NCBI RefSeq assembly: GCF_009914755.1
Contig: NC_060930.1
Origin: the human T2T-CHM13v2.0 reference genome, Homo sapiens
Length of the DNA: 64,000 nucleotides
Reading direction: 5' to 3' (one strand)
The stretch's first letter is position 1. Every line of letters starts with the position of its first letter. The notes below the pieces were generated by a model, which had not been told where the DNA came from, searched no databases, and worked only from the letters and a program-made list of their open reading frames with translations. The position numbers and the translations under genes were made by a program. Below are positions 1 to 17,396 of the stretch, piece by piece.

Positions 1-1114
1 ATTCTACACAATTAATTGAAAGTGCTCAGTTATGATTTCATACAGATGAACAACTGATGACTTTATTTACCCAACTGCAAACAGCAGTTAGGAGTAGAAT
101 GCACCCTTTTTACGTTACTCATATTACAGCTCATACATGTCTTCCAGGACCTTTAACTGAAGGGAATCAAATGGCTGATTGCCTAGTTGCTACTGCAGTA
201 TCTAATGCTACACACTTTCACAATTTAACCCATGTTAATGCCTCTGGTCTCAAGCGCAGATACAGCATTACCTGGAAAGAAGCTAAAGCTATTATCCAGT
301 GATGCCCAACTTGCCAAATGGTGCATTCCTCATCTTTTACAGGAGGAGTTAATCCTCGAGGACTGGAATCTAATTCTCTTTGGCAAATGGACATCACACA
401 TGTTCCCTCGTTTGGGAGACTAGCTTGTGTACATGTATGTGTGGACACCTTTTCTCACTTTGGGCTACATGCCAATCAGGAGAGTCTTCTGCCTGTGTTA
501 AACATCACCTTTTGCAGTGTTTTACAGTGATAGGCATTACAGCTTCTATTAAAACAGATGATGCCCCAGGCTATACTAGCAAAGCTCTAGCTACATTTTT
601 CTCTATACGGAATATTAAACACATTACTGGCATCCCATATAATTCTCAAGGACAAGCCATTGTAGAACGAATGAATCTCTCCCTAAAACAACAATTGCAA
701 AAGCACAAAGGGGGAAACAGGGACTATGGAACACCCCATATGCAACTTAATCTAGCATTATTGACTTCAAATTTTTTGAGCCTGCCTAAAGGCCAGATGC
801 TATCAGCAGCTGAAGAGCATCTACAGAAACCAGCTGCAAAGACAGAAGCAGAACAACTGGTTTGGTGGAGAGATCCGATAACAAAAAGTTGGGAAATAGG
901 TAAAATAATAACTTGGGGTAGAGGTTATGCTTGTCTTTCTCCAGGCCAAAACCAGCAGCCAATTTGGATACCATCAAGACACCTGAAACCTTATCATGAG
1001 CCAGATGCCAAAGAAGACATTCTAGCAGGATTGCGAGGACCCCCCAGTTGCAGCCATGTTGACACTGATGCTGAGGAGGACCCCAGCTGTCACAGATGGT
1101 GGAAGAAAACCTGA
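1..1114 (+). pseudogene. pol: Disrupted pol: RNase H C-terminus and integrase
   Basis: HITAHTCLPGPLTEGNQMAD (RNase H); HHCC zinc finger H-NLTH...CPTC broken by TGA at 300-302; WQMDITH, IKTDDAPGY and IVERMN catalytic D-D-E motifs; frameshift near 460; WGRGYAC and IWIPSRHLK C-terminal domain. Confidence 0.92.
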
Positions 1115-1964
1115 GGAAAGCGGACAACCTGTCACAACGAGTAATTTAATGATAGCTATGATAGCGGTGGTCACTACTGCCGTGAGTATTCCTTCAACAA
1201 CGGCTGACACAGAGAACAATTATTCTTATTGGGCATATTTATCAATCTTGGCTGGCAATAATGCCTGGATGTAATCACTCTATGACACATATACACATGC
1301 TTTCTGGTCTCAGTATTTACCATAATAAATCTGCTCCTATAATTAGGCGTACCGCCCTCAAAAACCTATCTGTAAACAGAATTGGACCTGGCCAGAAATA
1401 ATGAACTTACTTGTTTGGGAAGATTGCATTACAGAACAGGCAGAGGTGCTGCACAGCGATTCCTATGGAATCATTGATTGGTCCCCTAAGGGGATGTTTA
1501 ATTTGAATTACACCTCTCAGTCTGCGTGCCATGGCCACACTATGTTCAGCTGGTCCAAACAAAACAATCAGATGGTAGAAACAGTAAAAAATACGGCAAG
1601 TTCCTATTATTTGGAAACATGGTGGTATAGAGGCACCTCAACCTCAGATGATATGCCTGCTGTAGGAGCTTAACATAAGGATTTGTGGAAACTATTAATG
1701 GAAAGAATAAAAAAACATCTAGAAGGACACTCTACAAACTTGTCTTTGGATATTGCAAAATTAAAAGAACAAATATTTAAAGCATCCCAGGCACACCTGA
1801 CCTTAATGCTAGGAACTGGAGTGCTTGAAGGAGCTGCAGACAGATTAGCAGCTAGTAACCCATTAAAAAGGATAAAAACACTTGGAAGCTGGGTGATTTC
1901 AATGATGATTGTGCTTTTAATCTGTGTTATTTGTCTTTGTATAGTCTGCAGATGCAGATCCTGA
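1056..1964 (+). pseudogene. env: Heavily deleted env remnant
   Basis: Signal-peptide-like MIAMIAVVTTAVSIP, SU piece LVWEDC...GIIDWSPKG, joined almost directly to TM C-terminal half IKKHLEGHSTNLSLDIAKLKEQIFKASQAHL and the membrane anchor; no furin site or fusion peptide visible. Confidence 0.85.
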
Positions 1965-2038
1965 CTCCTGCGAGAAGTAGCTCACCGTGACAAAGCTGCC
2001 TTTGTTTTTATCACTTTGTGAAACAAAAAAGGGGGACA

Positions 2039-2539
2039 TGTTGGGGACAGGCCCCCCCCCAAATATAAGCTGGCCCCAAAACTGGCCATAAACAAAATCT
2101 CTGCAACACTGTGACATGTTCATGATGGCCATGATGCCCATGCTGAAGGTTGTGGGTTTACCAGAATGAGGGCAAGGAATACCTGGCCCACCCAGGGCAG
2201 AAAACCACTTAAAGGCGTTCTTAAACCACAAATAATGGCATGAGCAATCTGTGCCTTAAGGACATGTTTCTGCTGCAGGAAACTAGCCAGAGCCCATCCC
2301 TTTGTTTCGGCCCATCCCTTTTTTCCCGTAAGGAATACTTTTAATCTATAATCTATAGAAACAATGTTTATCGCTGGCTTGAGGTCAATAAATATGTGGG
2401 TAAATCTCTGTTCGGGGCTCTCAGTTCTGAAGGCTGTGAGTCCCCTGATTTCCCACTCCACACGCTATATTTGTGTGTGTGTCTTTAATTCCTCTAGAGC
2501 TGCTGGGTTAGGGTCTCCACGATCAAGCTGGTCTCAGCA
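2039..2539 (+). mobile_element. MER9-type LTR (3' LTR of HML-3)
   Basis: TGTTGGGGA...GGTCTCAGCA termini, about 500 bp, AATAAA at 2387-2392, follows the PPT. Confidence 0.92.
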
Positions 2540-2884
2540 AGAGTGAGAGGTCATCAGTGAGAAAAGAGGTTTGTGGCCAAGAAAGTACATGACCAATGAA
2601 AGAGAGTTAACAGAAATGGAAGGGGGAAAAAGAAAGGTAACTAGAATAAAAACTACTAGTTTAAAGAGAATGGAATATAATTAGGAAAAAGCAAAGTAAA
2701 TTTGTCCAGAAGAATAAAACAAAGCATAGGATCCTTTGAGGAAAGAACACAAGGCAAGAAAGCAAATTGCTAGTCATGAAGGACTACACAAAGTGGTTAT
2801 GTTTTACTCTATCCAATAAAACATGATTAATAAGAAACCAATCAATTACATTATTCCAACAGTATTCTAAATAACATTCCAGAC

Positions 2885-5004
<2,120 letters not shown>

Positions 5005-6099
5005 TGTTTTGCTTTTGGCTGATTACCATTTAGATCAGAGATGGCACGGCCTCCGTAATTCACCTATAGGAGCCATTACAACCAATCACAAATCTTTTTC
5101 CTACTAAAGCCTAGATACGCTCCCACAGTTCTTCTCAAACATTTCAAGCAACCAAGGGGAGCTGCATATAAAGATAAAACCTATTAGCCACACCTTATTT
5201 ATATCCTTAATAATAATTTCATTATTCATCTCATTTTTAAATCATTATTTTTCCCAAATAGCTTTAGGAAAATTTTCCAATCTTATGCTCTCCTTCATTA
5301 TTTAAATCTTACACAAAACAGTACTCTTGTATAAGTGAACATTTTAAACAAACAACCCCACTACCTTTTCCTGAAAACTGGTGCTGTCCACACAATACTA
5401 AATTCTTCCTGGTTAATACCTTCTACACTAATTTTACCCAATTTTCTTGCCTATCATCTCTACCTGTTTAACACTGTTTAGAGTTTAATTGTATGTAATT
5501 TTCTAACTCATTACCTGTTGCTATTACACCTCAGTAAACTTCTATCTCTTCCACACCCAACATTCTCTTTCACATTAACCTAATTCCTACTTCCCTATCT
5601 TCTAAAATACACATGTTCATTCCCTTCTCCATTCCAATATTTCAGCACTTTTCATTCTGAGGGTTAAATTTCTTGAGAATAAAGTTTTCTATGTGCTTAT
5701 AATATAGATGTCTTATAAATCTATACTAAATAAATGAAAAATCTTATTATTTGAGCTGCAATTTGACATAATAAATACAACCAGTTACTAAATATCTATG
5801 AATGCACCTAAAATTCCCATTTCATTATTTACAAACTCTTCCACAGTAAAACTAGCTTTACCTTCGAGCATTAAAAGATTTTGTAAAAATCATTTTTTAA
5901 GATTGGTAATGCTTTGATTGGTAAGATCATAAATATTTTCTACAAGTTTTTCATTGCAAATGTGTAGTATTTCAGATATTTCACATGTTTTTTCAAGAAT
6001 ATCTATTTTGGTTAATCTGGGAATTTAAGTCCCTAAATAATACCATTACCAAGGTAATGTGTATTCTGAGTTCCAAACAATTAAAATACAAGTGAACTT

Positions 6100-7255
6100 T
6101 TCTTTGTGTGGTAAAATATTCATAACATAAAATTTACTATTGTAACCATTCTTAAGGTTAAAATTCAGTGACATTAAGTACATTCACATTATTGAGCAAA
6201 CATCACCACTATCCATAACCAGAAATTTTCTATCATACCAAGCTGAAACTCCACACCTATTAATCAAAAGCTCCAAATTCCCCCTCCTCTAGCGCCTGGT
6301 AATCTACTTTCTGTCACTATGAATTTGACCATTCTAGGTACCTCATATAAGTGGAATCGCATAACATTTGTCCTTTTAGGTCTGGTTTATTTCACTTAGC
6401 CTAATGTTTTCTAAAATTATCCATGACGCAAGAAGTTCAAAATTTAATTCCTTTGTAAAACTAAATAATATTCCATTTCATGTAGGTACCACATTTTTTT
6501 ATCCATTCATCCACTGATGGACATGTTGGTTGTTTCCACCTTTTGGATATTGTGAATAATGCTGCTACAAACACTGGTGTACCAATATCCATTTGATACT
6601 CTGCTTTCAATTCTTTTGGGTATATAACCAGAAATACAATAGCTGGATCATGTGGTAATTCTGTTTAATTTTTGAAGAACCACTATACCATTTTTCACAG
6701 CAGTTCAACAATTTTAAATTCCTACCAGCCATGCAGAAGTGTTCTAATTTGTCCATATCCTTGCCAACACTGTTTTTTTAATAAATAGCCTTTCTAATGG
6801 GTATGAAATGGTAACTCATTGTGGTTTTGATTTGCATTTGTCTAAGGACTGGTAATATAGAGCATATTTTCATATTCTAATTGGCCACCTGTATATTTTC
6901 TTTGGAGAATGTTTATTCAACATTTTTGCCCATTTTTTAATTGGGTTGTTTGGGAGTTTTTCTGTTGAGTTTTGGGAGTTCTTTATGTATTCTGGATATT
7001 AACCCCTTATCAGACATATGATTTAGAAATATTTTCCCATTCTGTGGATTTCCTTTTCACTCTCTTGACAGCGTCCTTTGATGCACAAAACTTTTAAATT
7101 TTAATGATGTCTAATTTTTTATTTTTCTTTCGTTACCTGTGTTTTTAGTATAATATCCAAGAAATCACTGCCAAATTCAATGTCTTGAAGCTTCTTCACT
7201 ATGTTTCCTTTAAGAGTTTTACAGATTGAGCTCTTACATTCAGGTCTTTTATCAA
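6100..7255 (-). mobile_element. L1MB-type ORF2 end and 3' UTR fragment
   Basis: Antisense L1M text (TGGTAAAATA...CATTAAGTACATTCACATT...CCTTGCCAACAC...GATATTAACCCCTTATCAGA). Confidence 0.85.
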
Positions 7256-8065
7256 CACAGGTGAACTTTTAACCATTATCGTAACAGGAAGTAGAGTGCA
7301 ACTTTGCACTAAGTTAAAATTATCAGTCCCATGGTTTGTTTTCTCCAAATTATGAAAAGCATTTGCTCTTAAGAATCAATATTTAACTCCTACTAGCATG
7401 TAAAAAATAGAAAGTAATGCAGATTCAAAATAGGAAAATAAGACGCTATTACTTCTTACAAAGTATGTTCTCTGACCATAAATAACCTAGAAATCAACAA
7501 AAGGAAGGTACCTGTGAAATCCCCCAAGTAATCAGAAATTGTAAAACACGTATCTAAGCAATTCACGGGTCAAGGCAGATGTCTTAAGGGGATTTACACA
7601 TATTTTTAACTAAATGAAAATGTAAATACAACATATCAAAATTTGTAAGATACACCTAATGCAGTGCTAAGAGGAAAACTTACAGCATTAATTACACATA
7701 TTAGAAAAGAAGGTCTTAAGTCAATAACCAAACCTTCCCTCTTAAGAAACTAAAAAGATAAGAAGTAAACCTAGAGTAAGCAGAAGGAAAGATATAATTG
7801 AGACAGAAATCAATGATATTGAAAACAGAGTAAAATCAATAAAAGTAGAAACTTTAAAATTGATAATTTTCCAGCCAGTCCAAGCACAAAGTACAAGAAG
7901 AGCTATCCCAATGGATCCCACAGATGCTAAAAGGATAATAAAGGAATACTATAAGCAAATCTCTGATAATAACGTTGACGAATTAAAAGAAATTGATGAT
8001 TTCCTTGAAACATACAAACTACCAAAATTCACTGAAGTAGAAAGAGACAACTGGAATAGCCCTAT

Positions 8066-8520
8066 ATTTTTCAGGAAAGAGTTGAGCAGCCCTTCTGCTA
8101 TCTTTTGGGGAGCCTGACTGCAGAGCTGGCCTTCAGCTGGCATGTAAAAACTTGGCCTTTGGGGTATTCCCATGTAACATGGTTATTTTGCCTGTTTTGG
8201 GCACAAAACCCTGACATACCAGCTTAATCTAGGTCTTTTGTAGAAACACTGTGATTTATTATAAAGACCTGTTCTCTTTCTTGGAGTCAAGTATTTTACT
8301 AGTTATGGCTAGTCATGCAGGTACCATGTGCCTACATGACCAACCCTTAATAAAAAAACTCTTAAGTCTTAAGGGGGCTTTCTAGATAGAAACAATGCAC
8401 ATGCATTACTACAATTCACTGCTGGAAGAAGTGTGTTCTTTGTGCCTACCACTCTCAATAGGGAGAACTTTGGAAGCTTAAATCTAGATGCCTCCAGACT
8501 CTACTGGATTCTTTTTCCAT
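8066..8520 (+). mobile_element. ERVL LTR fragment (MER77/MER68/MER21 group)
   Basis: GGAAAGAGTT...CTGCTATC...GGCCTTCAGCTGGCAT...GTGCCTACATGACCAACCC..AATAAAAA...TGGAAGCTT resembles the remembered consensus of this group. Confidence 0.6.
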
Positions 8521-9467
8521 TTTTTTTTTTTTTGTAGACATAGAAACCCAATTCTAACTTTCATACAAAAAAGGTAAGAAAACAAGAACTAGAGCCAAAA
8601 ATGTTGAAAAAGAAGAACAAAAAGAATTCACTCTAAGACATTTTCTGACTTATTACAAAGCTACAGTCATCAAGACAGTGTGGTAATGGAGAAATGTTAG
8701 ACTCAAAAATCAGTGGAACAGAATAGAAGGTGCAGAAATAAACCCAAAGAAATATAGTCAATTGACTGTTCACAAGGATGCAAAGTAATTCATTGGAGAA
8801 ATGACAGACTTACTTGTCAACAAATAGTGCTAGAATAACAGGACACCCATATGCAGAAAAAATGAATATTGACCCATACTTTACAACTTATACAAATGTA
8901 ATTCAAAATGAATCACAGACTTAAATATAAAACAGAAAAAAACCTATACAAAAAAACTACGAATCACTTAGAGAAAAAACTGAAGAAAATCTTTGTGACA
9001 TTTGTTTATGTACAGAGTTCCTAGATATAATACCAAAACCATGATATATAAAAGAAAAAAATGACCAATTGAATTTCATAAAAATTAAAAGCTTTTGCTC
9101 TGCCAAAGATGCTGTTGGAAAAATGAAAAGCTACATATTTCCATGGGAGAAAATATTTCAAATTACATATGAGACAAAGGACTTCTAAAGGACTGGTATC
9201 CAGAATGTATAAAAAGCTCTCCAAATAAAAAAAATAAGAAAAATTATCCAGTAAATAAAAAAGGAAAATGCTGAGCAGATACTTCACCAAGGAAGGTTTA
9301 CAGATAGCAAATAAGCCATCAACATCATTAGTCACTAGGAAATGCAAAAGAAAATCATAGTATGACACATCTTCACACCTATTAGAATGGCTAAATCAAA
9401 AAAAGAGAAAAAACTGGCAATGCGAAGTGCCAAAGAGGATGTGGAAGAATTAGAACTCTCATACATT

Positions 9468-9827
<360 letters not shown>

Positions 9828-10289
9828 CTAACAAAATTAAGTATATACGTACCATGCAATCTGGGAATTCTACTCCCAGGAATTTACCACTTAGAAACCA
9901 CGCGATATCGTTTCTAAACTTTTTTAGCAACAAAAAAAGGAGTTGAAGAATAGCAGTTATTCTTTCCCAGATATAAGAATATTTCATTTAAATAGTTTCC
10001 TGACTAATATTCATATGTTAATCTTCCCTCATTTTCTGATTTACTATTTCATTCAGAGATTTACTTAGCATTATTCTTTTATTTTGCTTATAGTTTCTCT
10101 GTATTGCATTTTATTGTCTATCATGTAGATAAAACTGTAAGCAAACATTACATGCTCTAACTTAAGAAGGAAATAGTATATCTAGTCAAATGACATTTAA
10201 CTCTTCTCTGTACTAAAAAGGCAAAATTACTAGTCTTTTTATTTTAGTAAAAATTCTAAAGGAATACAAACAACAGACACACAAAAAAA

Positions 10290-12050
<1,761 letters not shown>

Positions 12051-12221
12051 ATATACAAATGATCAGAGATGTATGTGTATGTATGTGTTCCCAATCATTA
12101 TTCTCGGCTTTAGAATTTATGTTATGTATATTCTTTCAACAATAGTTAACATCTAAATTATGTTTCTCTAAAACCAATTAGTCTCTTCTTTAAACTTATT
12201 CTAAATGACTAAGAAGAGAAG

Positions 12222-12223
<2 letters not shown>

Positions 12224-12261
<38 letters not shown>
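12224..12261. repeat. (CA)n microsatellite
   Basis: About 19 perfect CA units. Confidence 0.98.
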
Positions 12262-12264
<3 letters not shown>

Positions 12265-12542
12265 GTTCGATGCCAGCAGAAAGCCAAAGTAAGACTGAAA
12301 ATTTGCTGTAATTCCCAGGCACAGGTGAGTATAAAGAAATTTATAGCTGTCAATTTCCATCTGAACAGCAATCTAGTCACAGAATTCTTAAGTCCTAATA
12401 AAGAGTAAAGTAAAAATTGGAAAATTTAAATGAAAAGATAGGTATAACAGAAAAAAAGAAGGTATTTTCAAGTAGAAAAAGACATGCTTAAATAAAACAC
12501 CTCTCTGATATCTACAGAACTGAATAATTTCTCAAAAAAATT

Positions 12543-12612
12543 CCAGTGCTAGTTTCATTCTACCATAAACAAAGGCCAGTGCTAGTTTCATTTTACCATA
12601 AACGAAAACCAG
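12543..12612. repeat. 33-bp tandem duplication
   Basis: CCAGTGCTAGTTTCATTCTACCATAAACAAAGG followed by CCAGTGCTAGTTTCATTTTACCATAAACGAAAA. Confidence 0.9.
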
Positions 12613-12944
12613 AGTAACTGAGTGAATTACTCCTTGCCTGATGATAAATGTCAGTATTTCTTCCACTAGGCTAGATGGTCTCCAAAGGTTTAGATATGAA
12701 CTGTTCATAGTATAAAAGAACAGGGTCCCAAGATAAGAAAGGTCATCGATAAGAAAAAAAGAAAAAAAACATTATCTCAAATATTCAATTCCAATAAATC
12801 ATGTTTAAATAAAGAAAAGGTCTTATAAATGGGGTGAGGGAGTGGAAATAAGAAAATAACCAGCCGACCAGAAGATGAAGATATGGTCAACTTTAGCTCC
12901 ATGTTCCAAATTAAAACAAGAATGGATGAGAAAATACTGCAAAT

Positions 12945-13110
12945 GTTTATTGATTCTCAACTATGTTCTACATATAATATTATAGACATCTCATTTAGCT
13001 CTCATCAACAACAAACATATTAGTCTCATTTGTAGAAAGAGAACTGTGCTGAAAATGGTTAAGCAGTTTGTCCAAGGTCACAGTTCATGAGAGAGAGGTA
13101 AACTGACTTA
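12945..13110 (-). mobile_element. MIR fragment
   Basis: TCTCATTTGTAGAAAGAGAACTGTGCT...GGTTAAGCAGTTTGTCCAAGGTCACAG, antisense MIR core. Confidence 0.6.
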
Positions 13111-14337
13111 ATTCTCCAGCTGAAGTCACTCTAATCCAAAAATGAGTAATGCACAATTTAAAAATGAAATGTTATACTTTTGCTTCAATATGTTTCTGAT
13201 GCTGTGAAACCAATATTATTTCTATTAATGAAATAATATGATGAAACAACACAGATTCAGGGAAAATAGATATTTGCCAATTGTCTGTATGCTGCCCTTT
13301 AGCTCAGTTCCATTGAATAATTCACTCGTTTCCTATGATGTAACAAGCACTGTTCTGGCGCTGCAGTTCTGTCCAATAGAATTTCACATCCAGGAATGGC
13401 ACAGTAGACACCTAAACATGTAAATTTGAAAGGGTTAAGAGTTCTAAGGTAAAATACAAACAGGCACCTGAAAAAAAAAAAGGATGCTGTCAGAAAACAT
13501 CTATCAGAAGAGGTGATTCATGTGCAGGTTCTTGAAGTTTATTCATTCATTAAAAGAATATTTTCTACAAGCCTGTTATATGCCAGTCATATTTAGTGGT
13601 AGAGCAACAAGACAAATGTTAGTGAGTAGGGTCAGGGCTGTGATGAATAAAAGAAAATTAGAAATAATGTATCAGAACACAAGAAAAAACCCAAGAAAAA
13701 AGCATTCCTATGGATTATTCCTGGGAGGACTGGATTCAAAAACTAACAAGCATTAATGGAGACTAAAAATACAATATGTGAGCCTAACCATCTTCAGTGA
13801 GTTATTCATAGAGGGCTATGAGAGGATGACTTAATACTAACCTTACCAAAAAGTAGTTACCTAGCATGACATCGAAGCTAGAAAAAAAACAAAAAAAAGA
13901 CTCATGTGTGACATGACATAGATTTTTAAACTCCTGAATAAAAATAAGTACTATAAACATATAAGTTTATTATTTCAAATAATAAACTAAAAATTTCTTA
14001 TAAAAAACAAAGAATTAAAGAATTTCTCTCAATATACAAAGATTTCTTATAACTCAGTAGGGAAATACAAATATCTCAACACTTTTACATGGGTAAAGAA
14101 TAGCAGATAATTTACAAAGAATTAGTCTGCCTGAAGTAAGGGCAGAGAGCTAGGCATCAAAAACCTATTTTTGTAGACAACAATGATCTGATAACTATCT
14201 AATTATCAAGCACTACTGGGCATTTTGAAGTGCCCTCCGAAGAAAACAGTGTAACTGAGCACAATTTTTAAATTGTAATTGATCCACTTCTCCATTTACC
14301 CCATTCCATCTCTAGCTCAGAATCAAAACAAATTATA

Positions 14338-14633
14338 AGCTGGGCCCAGTGGCTCATGGCTGTAATCCAAGAACTTTGGGAGGCTGAAGTGGGAGGATCA
14401 CTTGATCCCAGTAGCTCGAGACCAGCCTGAGCAACCTAAGCAGAACCTTGTCTCTACATAAAACTTAAAAAATCAACTAAGCGTGGTCACACGTGCCTAG
14501 AGTCCTAGCTACTTGAGAGGCTGGAGCAGGAGAATCACTTGAGTCCAAAAGCTTCAGGTTACAGTGAGCTATGACTGTGCTACTACACCCGAGGCAACAG
14601 ACCAAGACCCTGTCTCTAAAATAAATAAATAAA
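14338..14633 (+). mobile_element. AluJ
   Basis: Diverged dimer with GGAGGATCACTTGA and an (AAAT)n tail. Confidence 0.9.
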
Positions 14634-14657
14634 ATGTTAAGTACTGGAGGAAAAAAT

Positions 14658-14677
14658 ACACACGTACACATATACGC

Positions 14678-14710
<33 letters not shown>

Positions 14711-14815
14711 GTACATATATAGAACCAAAAGTTATGTGGAAGCACCAGAACAAAAATACATACATATATACACACGTACACATGCACAGACACACACACA
14801 TTCATATCTATACCT
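14658..14815. repeat. (TA)n/(CA)n low-complexity tract
   Basis: Mixed TA and CA runs. Confidence 0.85.
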
Positions 14816-15554
14816 GTATCATTACTGATATGTGAAGCAATAGGCACCGAACAACAAACAAATTCTTTTGAAATGTACCTCGTATGTTTATATTTTATAT
14901 CTTTAAATGAGTATTACTACATTTATAATCAGCAATGGGACCCACTCTATTTGGCAACTGGGATAAAAGTCTGGGGCAGATAGTTACTAGCATTTTAGAG
15001 ATATTTCTACTTTAATCAGAATTGAAATAGGAACCCAAGTTGTATTAAACCAACAAAGGGAGACTTCGACCATGAAACACTGACAAACACAGGATAGAAA
15101 CAGCAGAAATTAGTAAACTTTAGAGGAGGCACACAATTTAAAAGCCATTTCCTTTTCTCTTGTACTAATACATGATTAACCACCTACTATTAGCAAGCTC
15201 AAATCTGTGCTCAGCAATTTAATACAAAGGACACTAAAATTTAAAACAGTCTATGTCCTCAAAGAAGTGTTAATCAGTAATGAGATAAAAACTAAAACTA
15301 AACACACACACACATTAGTATACAGAAAGGTCAAAGATTGGCAAAGATTCTAAGTGCAGAAGTTCAGAAAAAGTGACAGTTTTATTGTTCTGATAAGGAA
15401 TAAATAAAATTACAGAAGAGAGCTGTAGTATCAGGTAAAATGCCTTCCATTGCAAGAAACAGAAAACGCTGAATCACATGCCTTATTTTTATCACATAAG
15501 TAATCCCAAAGCAGAGCGGACCAAGGCCTTTCCAACTCTAAAAAATTCCTTCCT

Positions 15555-16095
15555 CTGCTCCCCATTATCCAAGTTTCACTTACCCATGGTTTAAGTTACC
15601 TACAGTCAACTGCAGTCTCAAAACATTAAACAGAAAATTCCAGAAATAAACAATTCATAAGTTTTCAATTGTGTGCCATTCGGAGCAGCATAATGAAATC
15701 TCATGCCAACCTGCTGCATTCCCCTCTGGAATGAATTCTCCATTTGTCCAGCAGATCTACACTGTATAGGCTATCTACCCATTAATCACTCAGCAGCTAT
15801 ATAGTTTATCAGATCAATTTGCTGTACTGCACCACTTGTGGGCAAATAATCCTTATATTACTTAATAACGGCCCCAAAGCATAAGAGTAGTGATGCTGGC
15901 ATATTGCTATGATTGTACTATTTTATTAGTTGCTGCTAATCTCATACTATGCCTAATTAATTAAACTTTATCAAAGGTATATCTGTATGGGAAAAAACAC
16001 TATATATATAGAGAGAGAGAGTTTGGTAGTATTTGAGATTTCAGGCATGCACTAAGGGTCTTGGAATATATTCCCCGGATAATGGGGGACTATGA
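15555..16095 (+). mobile_element. MER44B-like (Tigger7-derived) DNA transposon
   Basis: GAAAATTCCAGAAATAAACAATTCATAAGTTTT, GGCCCCAAAGCATAAGAGTAGTGATGCTGGCA; degenerate TIRs CCCCATTATCC / GGATAATGGGGGACTA. Confidence 0.85.
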
Positions 16096-16245
16096 TATTG
16101 TCTTCTTTCTGACTAGCTCCTCTAAGGGCTATAATTAATTTTTACCATATTTATCATTATTTAAGTGCTTGCTCTGCACCAAGTATTATTCAAAGAACTT
16201 TATGTTCATTAATTTATTTCATTCTTAACAACAACCTATAATAGG

Positions 16246-16550
16246 TTTTTTTTTTTTTTTTTTTTCAGTCAGGTTCTCGCTCTCTCTCACCCAGGCTGGA
16301 ATGCGGTGGCAAAATCATAGCTCAATGAAGCTTTGAATTCCTGTACTCAAGCACTCCTGCCACCTCAGCTTCCCAAGTACCTGGGACTATAGGCAGGCAT
16401 CACCATGCCCAGCAATGTTTTTTTAATTTTTGTAGAAATGGGGTCTCACTATGTTGCCCCAGTTAGTCTTGAACTCCTGGCCTCAGGTGATCCTCCCGCA
16501 TCACCCTCCCAAAGTGGTTGGACTAAAAGCATGACCCATCAAACCCAGAC
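16246..16550 (-). mobile_element. AluJ
   Basis: Poly-T then reverse Alu; TAGGT repeated on both sides. Confidence 0.9.
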
Positions 16551-16717
16551 TAGGTAGCTACTATTATTGGCACCATGTTTCAACAGCTTTATTGAGACAT
16601 AATTCACAAACCATAAATTCACTCATTCAATGGCTTTTAATATATTCGCAGATATGTGCAACTATCACCACAGTCAATTTGAGGACATTTTTATCACACA
16701 GAAAAAATAAAACTAGT

Positions 16718-17013
16718 GGCCGGGCATGGTGGCTCATGCCTATAATCCCAGCACTTTGGGAGGCCGAGGCGGGAAGATCACGAGGTCAGGAGATCGAGAC
16801 CATCCTGGCTAACACGGTGAAACCCCGTCTCTACTAAAGATACAAAAAATTAACCGGGCGTGGTTGCGGGTGCCTGTAGTTCCAGCTACTCAGGAGGCTG
16901 AGGCAAGAGAATGGTGTGAACCCGGGAGGCGGGGCTTCCAGTGAGCCGAGTTTGCACCACTGCACTCCAGCCTGGGCGACAGTGCAAGACTCTGTCTCAA
17001 AAAATAAATAAAT
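16718..17013 (+). mobile_element. AluY
   Basis: Y diagnostics (GAGACCATCCTGGCTAACACGGTG; GAATGGTGTGAACCCGGGAGGCGG); 15-bp TSD AAAAATAAAACTAGT at 16703-16717 and 17014-17028. Confidence 0.95.
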
Positions 17014-17046
17014 AAAAATAAAACTAGTATCCTTTAGCTGTCATTC

Positions 17047-17396
17047 TGTCATGGTCTGTTCAGCCTGCTATAGCAAAATGCCATAGACAGTAATTTATAA
17101 ACAACAGAAATTTATTTCTCACCATTCTGGAGACTGGGAAGTCCTAAACCAAGACACCAGTACATTCATTGATCTGGTGAGGGCCTATTCCCCATGAATG
17201 ATGATTTCTCTGTTTCCTCACATGGAGGAAGGGGTAAAGGCTCCCTCAAGCCTCTTTTATAAGGGTATTAATCTCATCGATGAGGGCAGAGCCCTCATTA
17301 CCTAATCACCTCCTAAAAGCCCCATCTCTTCATACCACAACAGGAATGAGATTTCAACATGAATTCTGGAAGGACACAAACATCCTGACTACAGCA
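17047..17396 (-). mobile_element. MLT1A-type MaLR solo LTR
   Basis: Reverse strand begins TGCTGTAGTCAGGATGTTTGTGTCCTTCCAGAATTCATGTTGAAATC; about 350 bp. Confidence 0.8.

Larger units (their letters stand above)
1..2539 (+). mobile_element. HERV-K(HML-3)/HERVK9 provirus, 3' part (pol end, deleted env, PPT, 3' LTR); continues left of the window
   Basis: Betaretroviral RNase H/integrase translations, env remnants, polypurine tract AAACAAAAAAGGGGGACA (2021-2038) immediately before an LTR starting TG and ending CA that resembles MER9. Confidence 0.93.

Noticed and set aside
5862-6016. Possible minus-strand exon reading LTKIDILEKTCEISEILHICNEKLVENIYDLTNQSITNLKK*
   Set aside because: Weak acceptor and donor, stop inside the exon, no recognisable homology; may be decayed repeat DNA
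13290-13485. Strong-looking minus-strand acceptor (poly-T then CAG at 13468)
   Set aside because: The tract is a simple A-run, all frames close quickly and no good donor follows
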